Below are positions 53,870 through 64,000 of a DNA stretch of 64,000 bases, one piece after another. The notes beneath the pieces were generated by a model that saw only the letters and a program-made list of their open reading frames with translations, did not search any database and was not told the origin of the DNA. Origin of the DNA: Chiloscyllium plagiosum (lineage: Eukaryota); assembly GCF_004010195.1 (NCBI RefSeq), contig NC_057719.1, positions 72,596,583 through 72,660,582 of the forward strand, in the 5' to 3' direction. Each line of letters starts with the position of its first letter. The first letter of the stretch is position 1. A program made the translations under genes and the position numbers.

Positions 53870-54220
53870 GTGCGCCTTTGTAAAGAGCCCGAAGCACCGT
53901 AAAATGTCTCAAAGGGCTTCAAAAGGGAATTATCAAACAGTCACAGAGAGGAAATGTTAGAAGAGGTGACCTAAGTTTGGTTGAGGTGGTTATTTTTGAA
54001 GAAAACAAGGTAGAGATCCATGAAGGATATTCAAAGAGAGAATTCCAGAGCTCTGAGCTGAAATAAGCCCAAGAGAATTGATTAAAATAGGTAATGCACA
54101 AAATACCAGAATTAGAGGAAAGCAGAGATATCAAAAGCTTGCAGGACTGGAGGAGTCTACAAAGATAGGGAGGGGAGAGGCCATGGAGGAATCCAGGACA
54201 GGAACTTTGAACTTGCAGCA
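53870..54220 (-). mobile_element. L2-type LINE 3' remnant
   Basis: Minus strand LHGLSPPYLC-LLQ...L-SSNSG-L...LWNSL, typical L2 ORF2 C-terminus. Confidence 0.65.
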
Positions 54221-54319
54221 CTACCCTCAAGTCCTCACTACTTTAAAACCCTCAAATCTCTATCCCAAAATCTACACACACAACATTCTCCCTTCTTTTC
54301 TACTCAGCCTCACTGTTGG

Positions 54320-54862
54320 AATATTGCGTGCAATTCTGGTCTCCTTCCTATCGGAAATATGTTGTGAAACTTGAAAGGGTTCAGAAAAGATTTACAAGGA
54401 TGTTGCCAGGGTTGGAGGATTTGAGCTATAGGGAGAGGCTGAACAGGCTGGGGCTGTTTTTCCTGGAGCGTCGGAGGCCGAGGAGTGATCTTATAGAGGT
54501 TTACAAAATTATGAGGGGCATGGATAGGACAAATAGACAAAGGCTTTTTCCTCGAGTGGGGGAGTCCAGAACTAGAGGGCATAGGTTCAGGGTGAGAGGG
54601 GAAAGATATAAAAGAGATCTAAGGGGCAACTTTTTCATGCAGAGGGTGGTATGTGTATGGAATAAGCTGCCAGAGGAAGTGGTGGAGGTTGGTACAATTG
54701 CAACATTTAAAAGGCATCTGGATGGGTATATAAATAGGAAGGGTTTGGAGGGATATGGGCCGGGTGCTGGCAGGTGGGACTAGATTGGGTTGGGATATCT
54801 GGTCGGCATAGACTGGTTGGACTGAAGGGTCTGTTTCCATGCTGTACATTTCTATGACTCTA
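54320..54862 (+). mobile_element. Young CR1 (HER1-like) 3' fragment with 12-bp TSD
   Basis: Open frame EYCVQFWSPSYRK...FKRHLDGY; cctca[c/t]tgttgg at 54308-54319 and 54869-54880. Confidence 0.95.
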
Positions 54863-55180
54863 GTGATTCCTCATTGTTGGTGAATGCAGTATTTCTTGGA
54901 ATTCAATTACCTTCTGGCCCATTGAAATTCACCTGCCAATACTCACAATCAAATCATTCTTTCAATCTTGCCACATTGTTTGAATACAGAAGAGCAGTTT
55001 ACCATTAAGCTCCTCAAGTCTGTTCTACCATTCAATTAGACCATCATTGATCTGGAGCCTACTTATCATTTTTTGCACATATCCTTTAACATTTTGGTTA
55101 CCAAAACTCTACAAATTTCAGATTTTAAAATAATTATCTAGAATTATCTAAAATAATTAATCACTAATTTAACTATTATT

Positions 55181-55488
55181 TGTTTTTGTTTCTGATTTCA
55201 AGCATCTACAGTTTTTTTTTGGCATAATATCTTTTTGACTTGAATTTGCTACGAATACTTTCTATTGTGCAGATCCTCAGGCAATGTTGAAACTTAATTA
55301 TTTATACTGCCGTCTAAAATATTTAATGATAAATAAAATATCGCTACAACAAAGTTTTACTGTTGCTTGTTGTCTCCCATAATCTGTCTATACTTTTAAG
55401 AGGTTGCACAAAGTCCCTCAAAAACATTGGTCAATAGTTTTAAAGATTTACTTTATGTTTCTTGTTTATTCTATGCTTTTCTTTGCTG
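55181..55488 (-). repeat. Direct duplicate of 52989-53291 including the exon 6 3' end and donor
   Basis: Colinear alignment by eye over ~300 bp with scattered substitutions and indels; ttatttg at both junctions. Confidence 0.93.
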
Positions 55489-55899
55489 CCTTATTTGAGA
55501 AGAGAATTAGAAAATATTTACTATTCTTTGGTAGAAGCACTTCCTAACTTGACTCCTGAATGATCTGACCAACATTACAATTATGCCCCCAAGTTCAATC
55601 CTCCCTAACTACTGGAAATAGTTTCTAGCTACACCTATTGAAAACACAAATCCGATCACCCATTAATTTTGTAAATTCCAACAAATACAGCCCTATTTAG
55701 TTTAATCTCTTTGGAATTTAATACTTAGGGGTCAGGTGTTTTTTTGTAACTTTACTGTGCACTCCATCCAAAGCCAATACATGCATACTCTTTATTCCCA
55801 CAGTTTATCAAACAGACAAACTCGTTTCCAATGAATTATTTTCATCCCTCATCGTCCCTCTCCCTATGCCTTTCCAAACTAATTCCATTCAGTGTAAGC

Positions 55900-57255
55900 C
55901 CCTGAAAAAGAAATTCCTCAAATCACTTATAAAGATTAAATAGAGATGAGTCCAGCAAATGGACAAACGTTTGGAGTATAATGCAGAAAAATGTGCTAGT
56001 GTTATTCTTCCTTCCAAAATGAACAAGAGTAGATCACTTAAATTGAGAACGACTATGGAATTCCAAAGTGCAGAGGATAAGAGCACGGCTCAGAAAGTTA
56101 GTACACATCGTTCTGCCATAACCATGTGTTTCATCAGCACGAATTGGCTATAACATAATTGGCGAATTGTGGACTTTATTTGGCTAACATAAGCTTTCTA
56201 CTAATCAGGTAAAGTGCAATTTTCTAAACCTGTATTCCATAGTACAATTTTCTACAGCGTGACGTTGCAGGAGAACACAATTGTCACGTTAAAACAGAAT
56301 GACCCGAATGCAGGTTCAGCAAGGTTAATGAATTGATAGCCTCTATTAGAAGAGAAAATGAACATAAAAAGGCAACTGGCCTTAAAACATTAACTCTTTC
56401 TCTCCAAAGATGTTCAGATCCGCTCAGTTCCTCTAACAATTTCTGTTTTTGTTTCAGATTTTCAGTGTCCATAGTTCTTTCTTTTATTATAAAAGGAAGG
56501 AGGTTAAGCTTAGTTAAACAGGGCATTGACAAGGCGACATCTCAAATACTTTGCACAGTTTTGGTCTCCTTATTTAAGGAAGGACATTGTGGGTGATTCA
56601 AACAAGATTGAGTAAAGCGATACCTGGAAGGAGTGGGTTGTCTGACGAGGAAAGGTTGGAAAAGCTGGGCTCATTTCCACTGGAGCTGAAAAATATGTTG
56701 CTGGAAAAGCGCAGCAGAAGAATCGACGTTTCGGACATAAGCCCTTCTTCAGGAAAGTTGAAACGTCGATTCTCCTGCTGCGCTTTTCCAGCTGCCTGAC
56801 CTGCTGCGCTTTTCCAGCAACACATTTTTCAGCTCTGATCTCCAGCATCTGCAGTCTTCACTTTCTCCTTCATTTCCACTGGAGTTTACAAGAATGATGC
56901 TAACTTGATTGAGGCACACAGGATTCTGAATGGTCTTGACAAGGTGGAGAATGAAAGAACGTTTCCTCTTGTCTGGAGTATAGAACTAGTGACACTTAGA
57001 ATTAGGGGCCATCCTTCGGACAGAGATAAGAATTGTTTTTCTTTCAAAAGTTTGTGGAACTCTGCCTCAGAAGGTGATGAAGATGAGTCATTTAATATTT
57101 TCAAGGCAGATGTTGACAGATTCTTGTTGAGCAAAGGAATCCAAGATTATCAGGATAAAAGCAAATTTGAATTCAAAACACAATCAGATAATTAACTGAT
57201 TGATGGAGCAGAATCAAGTGCTGAGCAGCCCACTTCTGCTCCTATTTTGTATATT
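55900..57255 (+). mobile_element. Degenerate CR1 3' part with nested MITE (56102-56310) and PLE pieces
   Basis: WQ-EYN-EKC-V, QFWSPYLRKD, LIE--RILNGLDKV...SLWNS remnants. Confidence 0.7.
56686..56869. mobile_element. Palindromic PLE-derived MITE (family A), 15-bp TSD, minus-strand hammerhead core
   Basis: tcatttccactggag at 56671-56685 and 56870-56884; minus strand CTGAAGA-A-GGGC-TTAT-GTCC-GAAA-C-GTC at ~56721-56755. Confidence 0.88.
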
Positions 57256-57389
57256 AATAATTTGCACTTTGTAAATTCACCCTCCTCGCTTTGATAAGTG
57301 TTTTTAGCTCAAATATCATCGCATCTGTTTGGAGCTTGTGAAGTGGCACGAGGTGTTACTCCTTTCTGCCAGAACTGCACAATACTCCA

Positions 57390-57485
57390 ATGGTTAGTAC
57401 TGCTGCCTCACAGGTCCCAGGTTCGATTCTAGCCTTGGACGACTGTCTCTGGGAAGTTTGCACATTCTCTCTGCGTCTGCGTGGG
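57390..57485 (+). mobile_element. Partial HE1-like SINE
   Basis: tggttagtactgctgcctcaca...ggttcgattc...gtttgcacattctc. Confidence 0.75.
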
Positions 57486-58004
57486 TTAAAGTTGCCATAT
57501 AAATGCAAACTAGTTTTGTCTCGTTCCGTTGATCTTCGGTCTTTACTACAGAGATACATGGCAGGCTACCAAGTGCTAGAAATAGTTTATGTATAACCCA
57601 CCTTTCCCCATTATACAGCAGAGGAAGATGATGGAACAATTACTCGACATTCCTCAGATTAGAAATTAACAGCACTGAAATATTTTACATTTTTAATTAA
57701 CTTACAAAATATGGGTATAACTACTGCCCAACCCTAAGCTGTACCTCCTCCAATAGTCTTCACACAATGTCATGATGCTGACATTCTAAAACTTGGTACC
57801 ACTAGAAAGCGGGGTATATTTGGAAATTTGCTTTAATGATAAACTGATTATTTGGTAAATTAATTCCACAAATATAGCACCATTTTCAATTTAATTCTTA
57901 ATAAGTAAATTCTTAATAATTCTCACTTTCCAGAGATTTAGTTACACATATTAATGTGCAGTCAAGGGGAAATATATACAGTACATTGACTCAAAAATCA
58001 CCAA

Positions 58005-58093
58005 TGTCCTCGGATGCTGCCTGAATTGCTGTGCTCTTCCAGCACCACTGATCCAGATCTGGTTTCCAGCATCTGCAGTCATTGTTTTTACCT
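58005..58093. mobile_element. Short PLE-type fragment between 38-bp direct repeats
   Basis: ggatgctgcctga...ccagcatctgcagtc; gggaaatatatacagtacattgactcaaaaatcaccaa at 57967-58004 and 58094-58131. Confidence 0.8.
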
Positions 58094-58328
58094 GGGAAAT
58101 ATATACAGTACATTGACTCAAAAATCACCAACCGTACATAGGCTAAATTGCAAAATGCGAGATCAAATTCAAATACTCCAAATTTGATGCAAATATATTC
58201 TCCCTCTGCCAAGGGAAGCATTTTGCTTCCATCCCAAAATCCATCGAGGGAAACATCCATCATCAGGGTTACTCATTCAAGTGGCACACAAATTCGAGGG
58301 ATAAGAAAATCATAATTTAGTGCCTCAC

Positions 58329-58505
58329 CTTTTAACTTCTTGCCCCTTTTGTTTAGTTGGTGAGTCTCCCCCATTAAGAATCTGTTCCAAATTTTTTGTT
58401 TCCACTGATCCATTCTGCTCAGGCCCAGAAAGGCCCAGTAATGATCGTACTCTCTGTGATCGTACATCTAGAATGGTGTCTGTGTAACCAACTTCTTGTA
58501 AATAC
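58329..58505 (-). CDS. STRN3: Striatin-3 coding exon (~exon 5, 177 nt)
   Basis: tcacag|G TAT TTA...AAA AG|gtgagg; YLQEVGYTDTILDVRSQRVRSLLGLSGPEQNGSVETKNLEQILNGGDSPTKQKGQEVK(R); phase 2 to 2. Confidence 0.97.
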
Positions 58506-58974
58506 CTGTGAAATTTGAAAATAGAAATATCGGAGTTTTTGACTCTAACTAATGCACTTGGTTAACCACATTCTATTTTTAGATTTCATGTCAATGCATT
58601 TTCCATTTTCTGCAATATTTAGCCATTTTTCAAAGAATATGACAAAAAAACTAAGGTATGTTTGCAGTATTCTTGGACAAGGGATAGAGTGTTATCTGAT
58701 ATTTGCAATTCAGAGTCTAACAAGTTTTGATGCAGATGTTATCAATATTTAGCAAAACCAGTCCAAGTACAATTGACAACTTGTTATGAAATTGCAATAA
58801 TTCTGGTTTAAGAGAAGATTTCATATTTCCCACAGGAAATCAATACTGTTATTGATAATAAACTGTGGTAAAACAGTAACAGATAATAAAAGTATAATAT
58901 AAACCAAAAAGCACTTCATTGATCCGTTGGTAAATAAAGCAATTTCTTTGAAAATTGAAGTGTAATACTTAATA

Positions 58975-60088
58975 CAGGGAAACCTCAATTATCCGAATAC
59001 CAACTATCCGAAATTCAGATTATCCGAAGGAGATCGGGAGGTCTCGACTGAAACGTTTCCAACAGTGATCACGTCTTTTGTTTACAGTGATTAAATAGGC
59101 ACTGTCACTAAATGACTGACCTCCTGCCCTCTCTCTCCCCACATTTTACCTGGAGTTCTACACAAAAGTGTACCCTAAAACTTGCTTCCCCAGATAATCT
59201 CTCCAACATTGTCCTGTACAGGGCAAACGTGGAACCTCTCAAAAGGTTGCAGTAAAAATTGTGCGTGGCTGCGTGTGCGCGCTATTTGGAGACTTACCCC
59301 ATAAAGGCAGCTGCAGCAGCAGTCTTGTTGTCAATGTGCAGTCCAGCGGCCCTGGAGAGGGGGCGGGAGTGGATGGAGTTTGGGGGCGGGGGGGGCAGAA
59401 TTGGAGGGGTTTGGGAGGAGGGCGGTGGGTGGTGTTGGATNNNNNNNNNNNNNNNNNNNNNNNNNNNNNNNNNNNNNNNNNNNNNNNNNNNNNNNNNNNN
59501 NNNNNNNNNNNNNNNNNNNNNNNNNNNNNNNNNNNNNNNNNNNNNNNNNNNNNNNNNNNNNNNNNNNNNNNNNNNNNNNNNNNNNNNNNNNNNNNNNNNN
59601 NNNNNNNNNNNNNNNNNNNNNNNNNNNNNNNNNNNNNNNNNNNNNNNNNNNNNNNNNNNNNNNNNNNNNNNNNNNNNGGGGTGGGCGGTGTTGGCCAGTG
59701 TTTGGGAGCGGAGGGCAGTGTTGAGGAGCATTGGTGCGGTGTTGGACGGTGTTTGGGAGTGGGGAGGTGTTAGATAGGGTTGGGCGGCTGGGTTGGTGGC
59801 AGGGGCAGTTTTGTACAGGGTTGGGGGGGGGGGGGGGGCGCGCGGGTGGACAGTCTTGTTGGTGATGTGCAGTCCAGCTGCCCTGGAGAGGGTGCGGTGT
59901 TGGACGGGGTTTTGGGGCAGTGTTGGGGGGTGTGGGCAGGGTTGACTGCTGTAAACTGCTGCAGACTCCTGAACAGGAGCAGACTTTAAAAACTCCAAGC
60001 ACCAGAGGAAAGGCATTTAATCAATTAAAGCGGTAATCCGAACTAAATAATGCCCGCCCATCACGTGCAGATAATCAAGGTTCCCTTG
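58975..60088. mobile_element. Tc1/mariner-pogo (Tigger-like) non-autonomous transposon with internal G-rich repeats
   Basis: TA|CAGGGAAACCTCAATTATCCG ... CAGATAATCAAGGTTCCCTTG|TA (16/21 inverted match); includes a gap at 59441-59677. Confidence 0.8.
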
Positions 60089-60162
60089 TATATTTTATAC
60101 GTTTTGCAAATTTATTTAAGTCAGATGCTGTAACAGAAGCAAATAATAATCATAGTACTCAC

Positions 60163-60244
60163 TGCCTGAGCAACTGCCTGCCTTGCTTCCAAGTCAACTG
60201 GCTGTTCTGAGGTACAGATGGCACCTCTGTGTCTTTGGTTTCTT
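60163..60244 (-). CDS. STRN3: Striatin-3 coding exon (~exon 4, 82 nt), calmodulin-binding region
   Basis: ttccag|AA GAA ACC...AGG CA|gtgagt; (E)ETKDTEVPSVPQNSQLTWKQGRQLLR(Q); phase 1 to 2. Confidence 0.97.
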
Positions 60245-60738
60245 CTGGAAAACAAACATATATTAATAAAAGATTAGAATATCAAGATCCCAACAAGAAA
60301 GATGGCAGGCAACAAAAAAAAACAACTGCAAAATCTGTGGTTCTGCACAGCTTTTCTTAAGCTTACACTGTTAGCCTAAGAATTCATGAAGATTTGGCCC
60401 TCTATCTGCTGGCCCTTTAAGTTGGTGAGAGTTTCAACCAGGAGCATCACTTCATCACCAAACCACACCGCAAACCCTGTCATTCACAAGAATGTAAATG
60501 CAATCACAAACTAAAAATTTCCTTCCAACATTCCAAACAGTGCAACCACCTAACTGATGCTCATTATTGTAAAAGTCAGAAAAGTGAACAAATACCAACT
60601 AATCCTTATTGAGGAAGTATTCTGTTCCTAACATGTGTAGAAAGCATCAAGTGCCCAAAGATCCTCTCAGTATCAGGTGACATTCCAGGAGGAGCTACAA
60701 GAAATAGCTTATGTCCAGACAGGGAGGGAAGTAGTGAT

Positions 60739-60949
60739 TGTAATAAGCTCAGCCAGATGGACCTCACTGAATGAATTCCCTGACTGGGACTGTTAATCTG
60801 ACCCAATCAGGGAGCCCTGACTGACAGATAAATACAAGAGTTTCAGACATCCTGACACTCAGACCTGAATGTATCAATGTCAAGGTCTTTCCATTTGTAA
60901 ATAAAGGGTGATTAGGTGAAGGGATACCAGCCTCGGTGGAATTATTTCA
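60739..60949 (+). mobile_element. Short solo LTR (Gypsy-like)
   Basis: tgtaata...tatttca termini; CCAAT, TATA-like gataaata and AATAAA in the expected order; TSD unclear. Confidence 0.6.
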
Positions 60950-61634
60950 GCATTTAGCTGCTCTTTTCTCAATGTCAAATCTGGTGGGGGGGCGTAGAAT
61001 GACAGAATTAACATGGAGAAAAGTTTTTTTTTAAAAAGGTGTTAAAGTTATCATATTTAAATCTCCTAAAACAATTCAGAACGTGAAATAGTGAGATTCA
61101 ACTTTTTTTGGGGGCAAGACTGGATGATAGATAGTCATGAAAAGTCATGTGATTAAAATTATACGGTTTACCTATCAACAGTTTTTGAGCATTTAATAGA
61201 CATGTACAGACACAAACTTGAAAACACAAGGAGAGATCAAAATGCAAGATACCATTTTTGTGAACCTAACAACAGTCGTGCAAGTCGACCAGAAATCAGA
61301 CAATTCGAAATTAATGAGGTTTCTCTTCCTTGCCACAAAATATGGGCTTATTTATGCATTAATATTGCTTATAATGTTCATAGAACAAAATCTGGCTCTA
61401 TGTCGCTCCAATTGCCTCTCGAATGGTTTGAACTTGAAAACAACTTATGCTACCTTTCTCAGGATAAAGAGATCCAAAATAACATTATATGGCACTTCGC
61501 AAATAGGAAATGGCATACAACATGAAAATATTCAAACTAGCTTCAAATTATGTTGTCAAAGACAGTCAGAAATAAGATATCTTGGAAAAATTAATACATA
61601 CACTTCATTAAAATATTGAGTCTCCATTTATTAC

Positions 61635-61708
61635 CTGATTCAAATGTTGGCATCTTTAAGTCACCTTGATTCAACTCTGTGCCATATTTTAATTTATGAT
61701 ATTTTGCC
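61635..61708 (-). CDS. STRN3: Striatin-3 coding exon (~exon 3, 74 nt), end of coiled coil
   Basis: ttttag|G GCA AAA...TCA G|gtaata; translates (R)AKYHKLKYGTELNQGDLKMPTFES(E), matching recalled human STRN3; phase 2 to 1. Confidence 0.97.
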
Positions 61709-62108
61709 CTAAAAATAAATAAGAAACATTAACGAACATGTAGCTATTAAAAACTCAATCTCATTGACTACGTTAATATTAATGTAATGATTGATCTTTA
61801 CTTCACACTGATGTGATATTGCCCATCCATAATAAACCTCCAGAAGACAGTGGTGATTTGCTTGAATACAACTAAGTGGCAACTTCAGGGGATACTTCAA
61901 ATTTTACTCCATGGCTTTCAGTCTGATATCTCACATTTATTAGATTAGATATGAATGACAGATTTCCTTCCATGAAAACATCAGTGCAGCAGATGGAATG
62001 TTTAAATTGGCAAAAGTTGGTAGGAGGTTTAGGCTCAGGCTCCCACTCCTGGGTGCTTGAAGTGTGACATATGGACTTCAGCTGAGATTACACTGTCAAC
62101 TCCAGTGG

Positions 62109-62274
62109 TGATTTGGAGATGCCGGTATTGGACTGGGGTATATGAAGTTAAAAATCACACATCAGGTTATAGTCCAAAAAGGTTTATTTGGAAGCACTAG
62201 CCTTTGGAGCGCATCAGGCCAACCACCTGATGAAAGAGCAGCGCTGTTGGACTATAACCTGGTGTTGTGATTTT
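62109..62274. mobile_element. Fold-back PLE-derived MITE (family B), internally deleted
   Basis: caggttatagtccaa / ttggactataacctg arms, cacctgatgaa; flanked by cagtgg. Confidence 0.8.
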
Positions 62275-62304
62275 CAGTGGACTATCAAGCTTAATTGTTA
62301 AGAC

Positions 62305-63030
62305 CGTAATATACAGAGCAGAATTAAGCCATTGAATTCATTGAGACTGCTCCACTATTTGACCATGTTTCTCAACCCCATTCTCTTGCTTTCTCCCCAT
62401 AACTCTTGATCCCGTTACTAATCAAGAACTTATCTAGCTTTGTCTTAAATACATTCAGTGACTTGGCCTCCATAGCCTTCTATGACAATGAGTTCCATAG
62501 ATTCACCACACACAGACTGAAGAAATTCCTCATCTCCGTTCTAAAAGGTAATCTCGTTAATGAGGCTGTGACCTTGGGTCCTGGTCTCTCCTACTCGTGG
62601 GAGCATTTTCTCCATGTTCACTATCTAGATCACATAGTATGCTATAACTTTCAAATAAGATCCTTCTAAACTGAACTGAGCACAGACTCAATCGCTCCTC
62701 GATGACAAGCCCTAATTGCCAAGATTGCTTTTGTAAACCTCCTCTGCCCCTCCTCCAACATAGCATATTTTTCCTTAGATGTGGGGCACAAAACTGTTCA
62801 CAATGTTCCAAATGCGGTTTGACCAGAGCCTTAAACTGCCTCAGCAGCATACCCCTGCTCTTGTACTTTCGCCCTCTCTAAATGAACGTAAACACTGCAT
62901 TTGCCTTCCCAAATAAACCTCCAGTTAACCTTGAGAATCCGAAACCAGGACCCCAAGTACCTTTGTACTTCATATTTTTCCCATTTAGAAAATAGTATGC
63001 GCCTCTATTCTTGGCACCAAAGTGCATAAC
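62305..63030 (-). mobile_element. CR1 3' fragment
   Basis: LL--FKALVKPHLEHC-QF-APHLRK; tail gcagaattaagccatt. Confidence 0.85.
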
Positions 63031-63589
63031 CTGACAATTTGAAAATTGTTGGCCATCAACTGCATTCTAAATGGATTCAATATTTAGAAGAGGAGAAAAT
63101 TTGAGAATCAAAGAAAATTAGTCCAATAACCAGCATTCAGTTAGATAATGTTTATTTCACCACCGGACGACCCCCGTAATCGTTTTCCATGGTTTCAATT
63201 AGGGAACCAGAGACCAGGAGGCTGCCAGGAAGGTACATTTCCCATTGGAATGAATGGATTCGCTCCTATCCGTGGCTTCTGCCTTCCGCACTAGGCCCTG
63301 GAACTTATCTCCCATGGCTACCAGGTGGACCTATGTATTTTCATTTTAATAGCATTTATATATTTTTTTAAATTATTGCAATGCGTCAGATGGAGAAATC
63401 TCAAAACTGCATAAAATGCTGCACTCAACAGACAGAGACATCATCATTTACCCACGTCTGTGAAACTTTAAGGTAGACTGAGAAGATCAATTTGCAAGTC
63501 CAAGTTTTTCAACAAATGGAAGAATGTCAACAATAGAAATGATTGCAAGCCTGAAAAGTCATATTTTTTAAAAAACTATCTCAGCACAG

Positions 63590-63855
63590 AACTATGAGAA
63601 AGTGCCATCTTTTGAATAAGATGTAATATGTAGGGCTCCATCTGTCCTCATGAATGGATGATCAAGAAGAATAGGAAGTTTGCCTTGTGTCTTGACCAAA
63701 GTTGATTCCACAAGCAAAACCATCAATGTATCTGGTCATTTGTTTTGCCGTTTGTGGGCTCTTGTGCTGCATAACTTGATTTTTAAAATATTCCTATATT
63801 ACAACAGAAGCTGTATTCGAGGCATTGTCGAATGAGGAAAGGCATTATACTCATG
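63590..63855 (+). mobile_element. Deu-domain SINE remnant (SacSINE1/AmnSINE1-like)
   Basis: gtgccatctttt...tatctggtcatt...gtttgtggg...tcctatattacaacag...aaaggcattata. Confidence 0.6.
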
Positions 63856-64000
63856 TAAAAATATGCTTTCACATACAGTCAAATAAGTTCCATACTGTGG
63901 ATTAAGCACGATAGAATTTTTTCAACTGCTTTTATGTTAGCCCTGTGTCGAAGTTCCATCAATCCACAATAGGTCCTGCAAAGTCAGTCATCAATAACCC

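Noticed and set aside
57967..58131. Direct repeats with a spacer resembling CRISPR
   Set aside because: Only two copies, the spacer is a known-type repeat fragment, the context is eukaryotic and there are no cas genes
61202..61619. Plus-strand ORFs of 107 and 133 aa next to exon 3
   Set aside because: No recognisable domain; AT-rich chance ORFs

Overview
Eukaryotic, AT-rich, repeat-dense vertebrate DNA. The HE1/V-SINE, HER1-like CR1 and Deu-SINE repeats point to a shark or other elasmobranch (inference). The whole window lies inside one minus-strand gene, striatin-3 (STRN3/SG2NA). Eight consecutive coding exons (equivalent to human exons ~3-10) read through with GT-AG boundaries and consistent phases. 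The first two exons and the WD40 exons were not found in the window. The introns hold nested CR1 LINEs, a Rex/Babar fragment, an L2 fragment, tRNA-SINEs, Tigger-like MITEs, solo LTRs and many Penelope-like (PLE) pieces. The most interesting signals are four. (1) Several short fold-back PLE-derived families with 13-16 bp target duplications carry minimal hammerhead ribozyme cores, sometimes on both strands; one insertion encloses ~770 bp of unrelated DNA. (2) A candidate stop-codon ('poison') exon and an RBFOX/QKI motif cluster lie in the repeat-poor intron between the two cassette exons. (3) A local 300-bp duplicate of an exon 3' end creates a plausible in-frame 34-nt alternative exon. (4) A second candidate stop-containing exon carries a GC hairpin. 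No prokaryote-type systems are present. Exon numbers and human comparisons are from memory, and most repeat boundaries are approximate.
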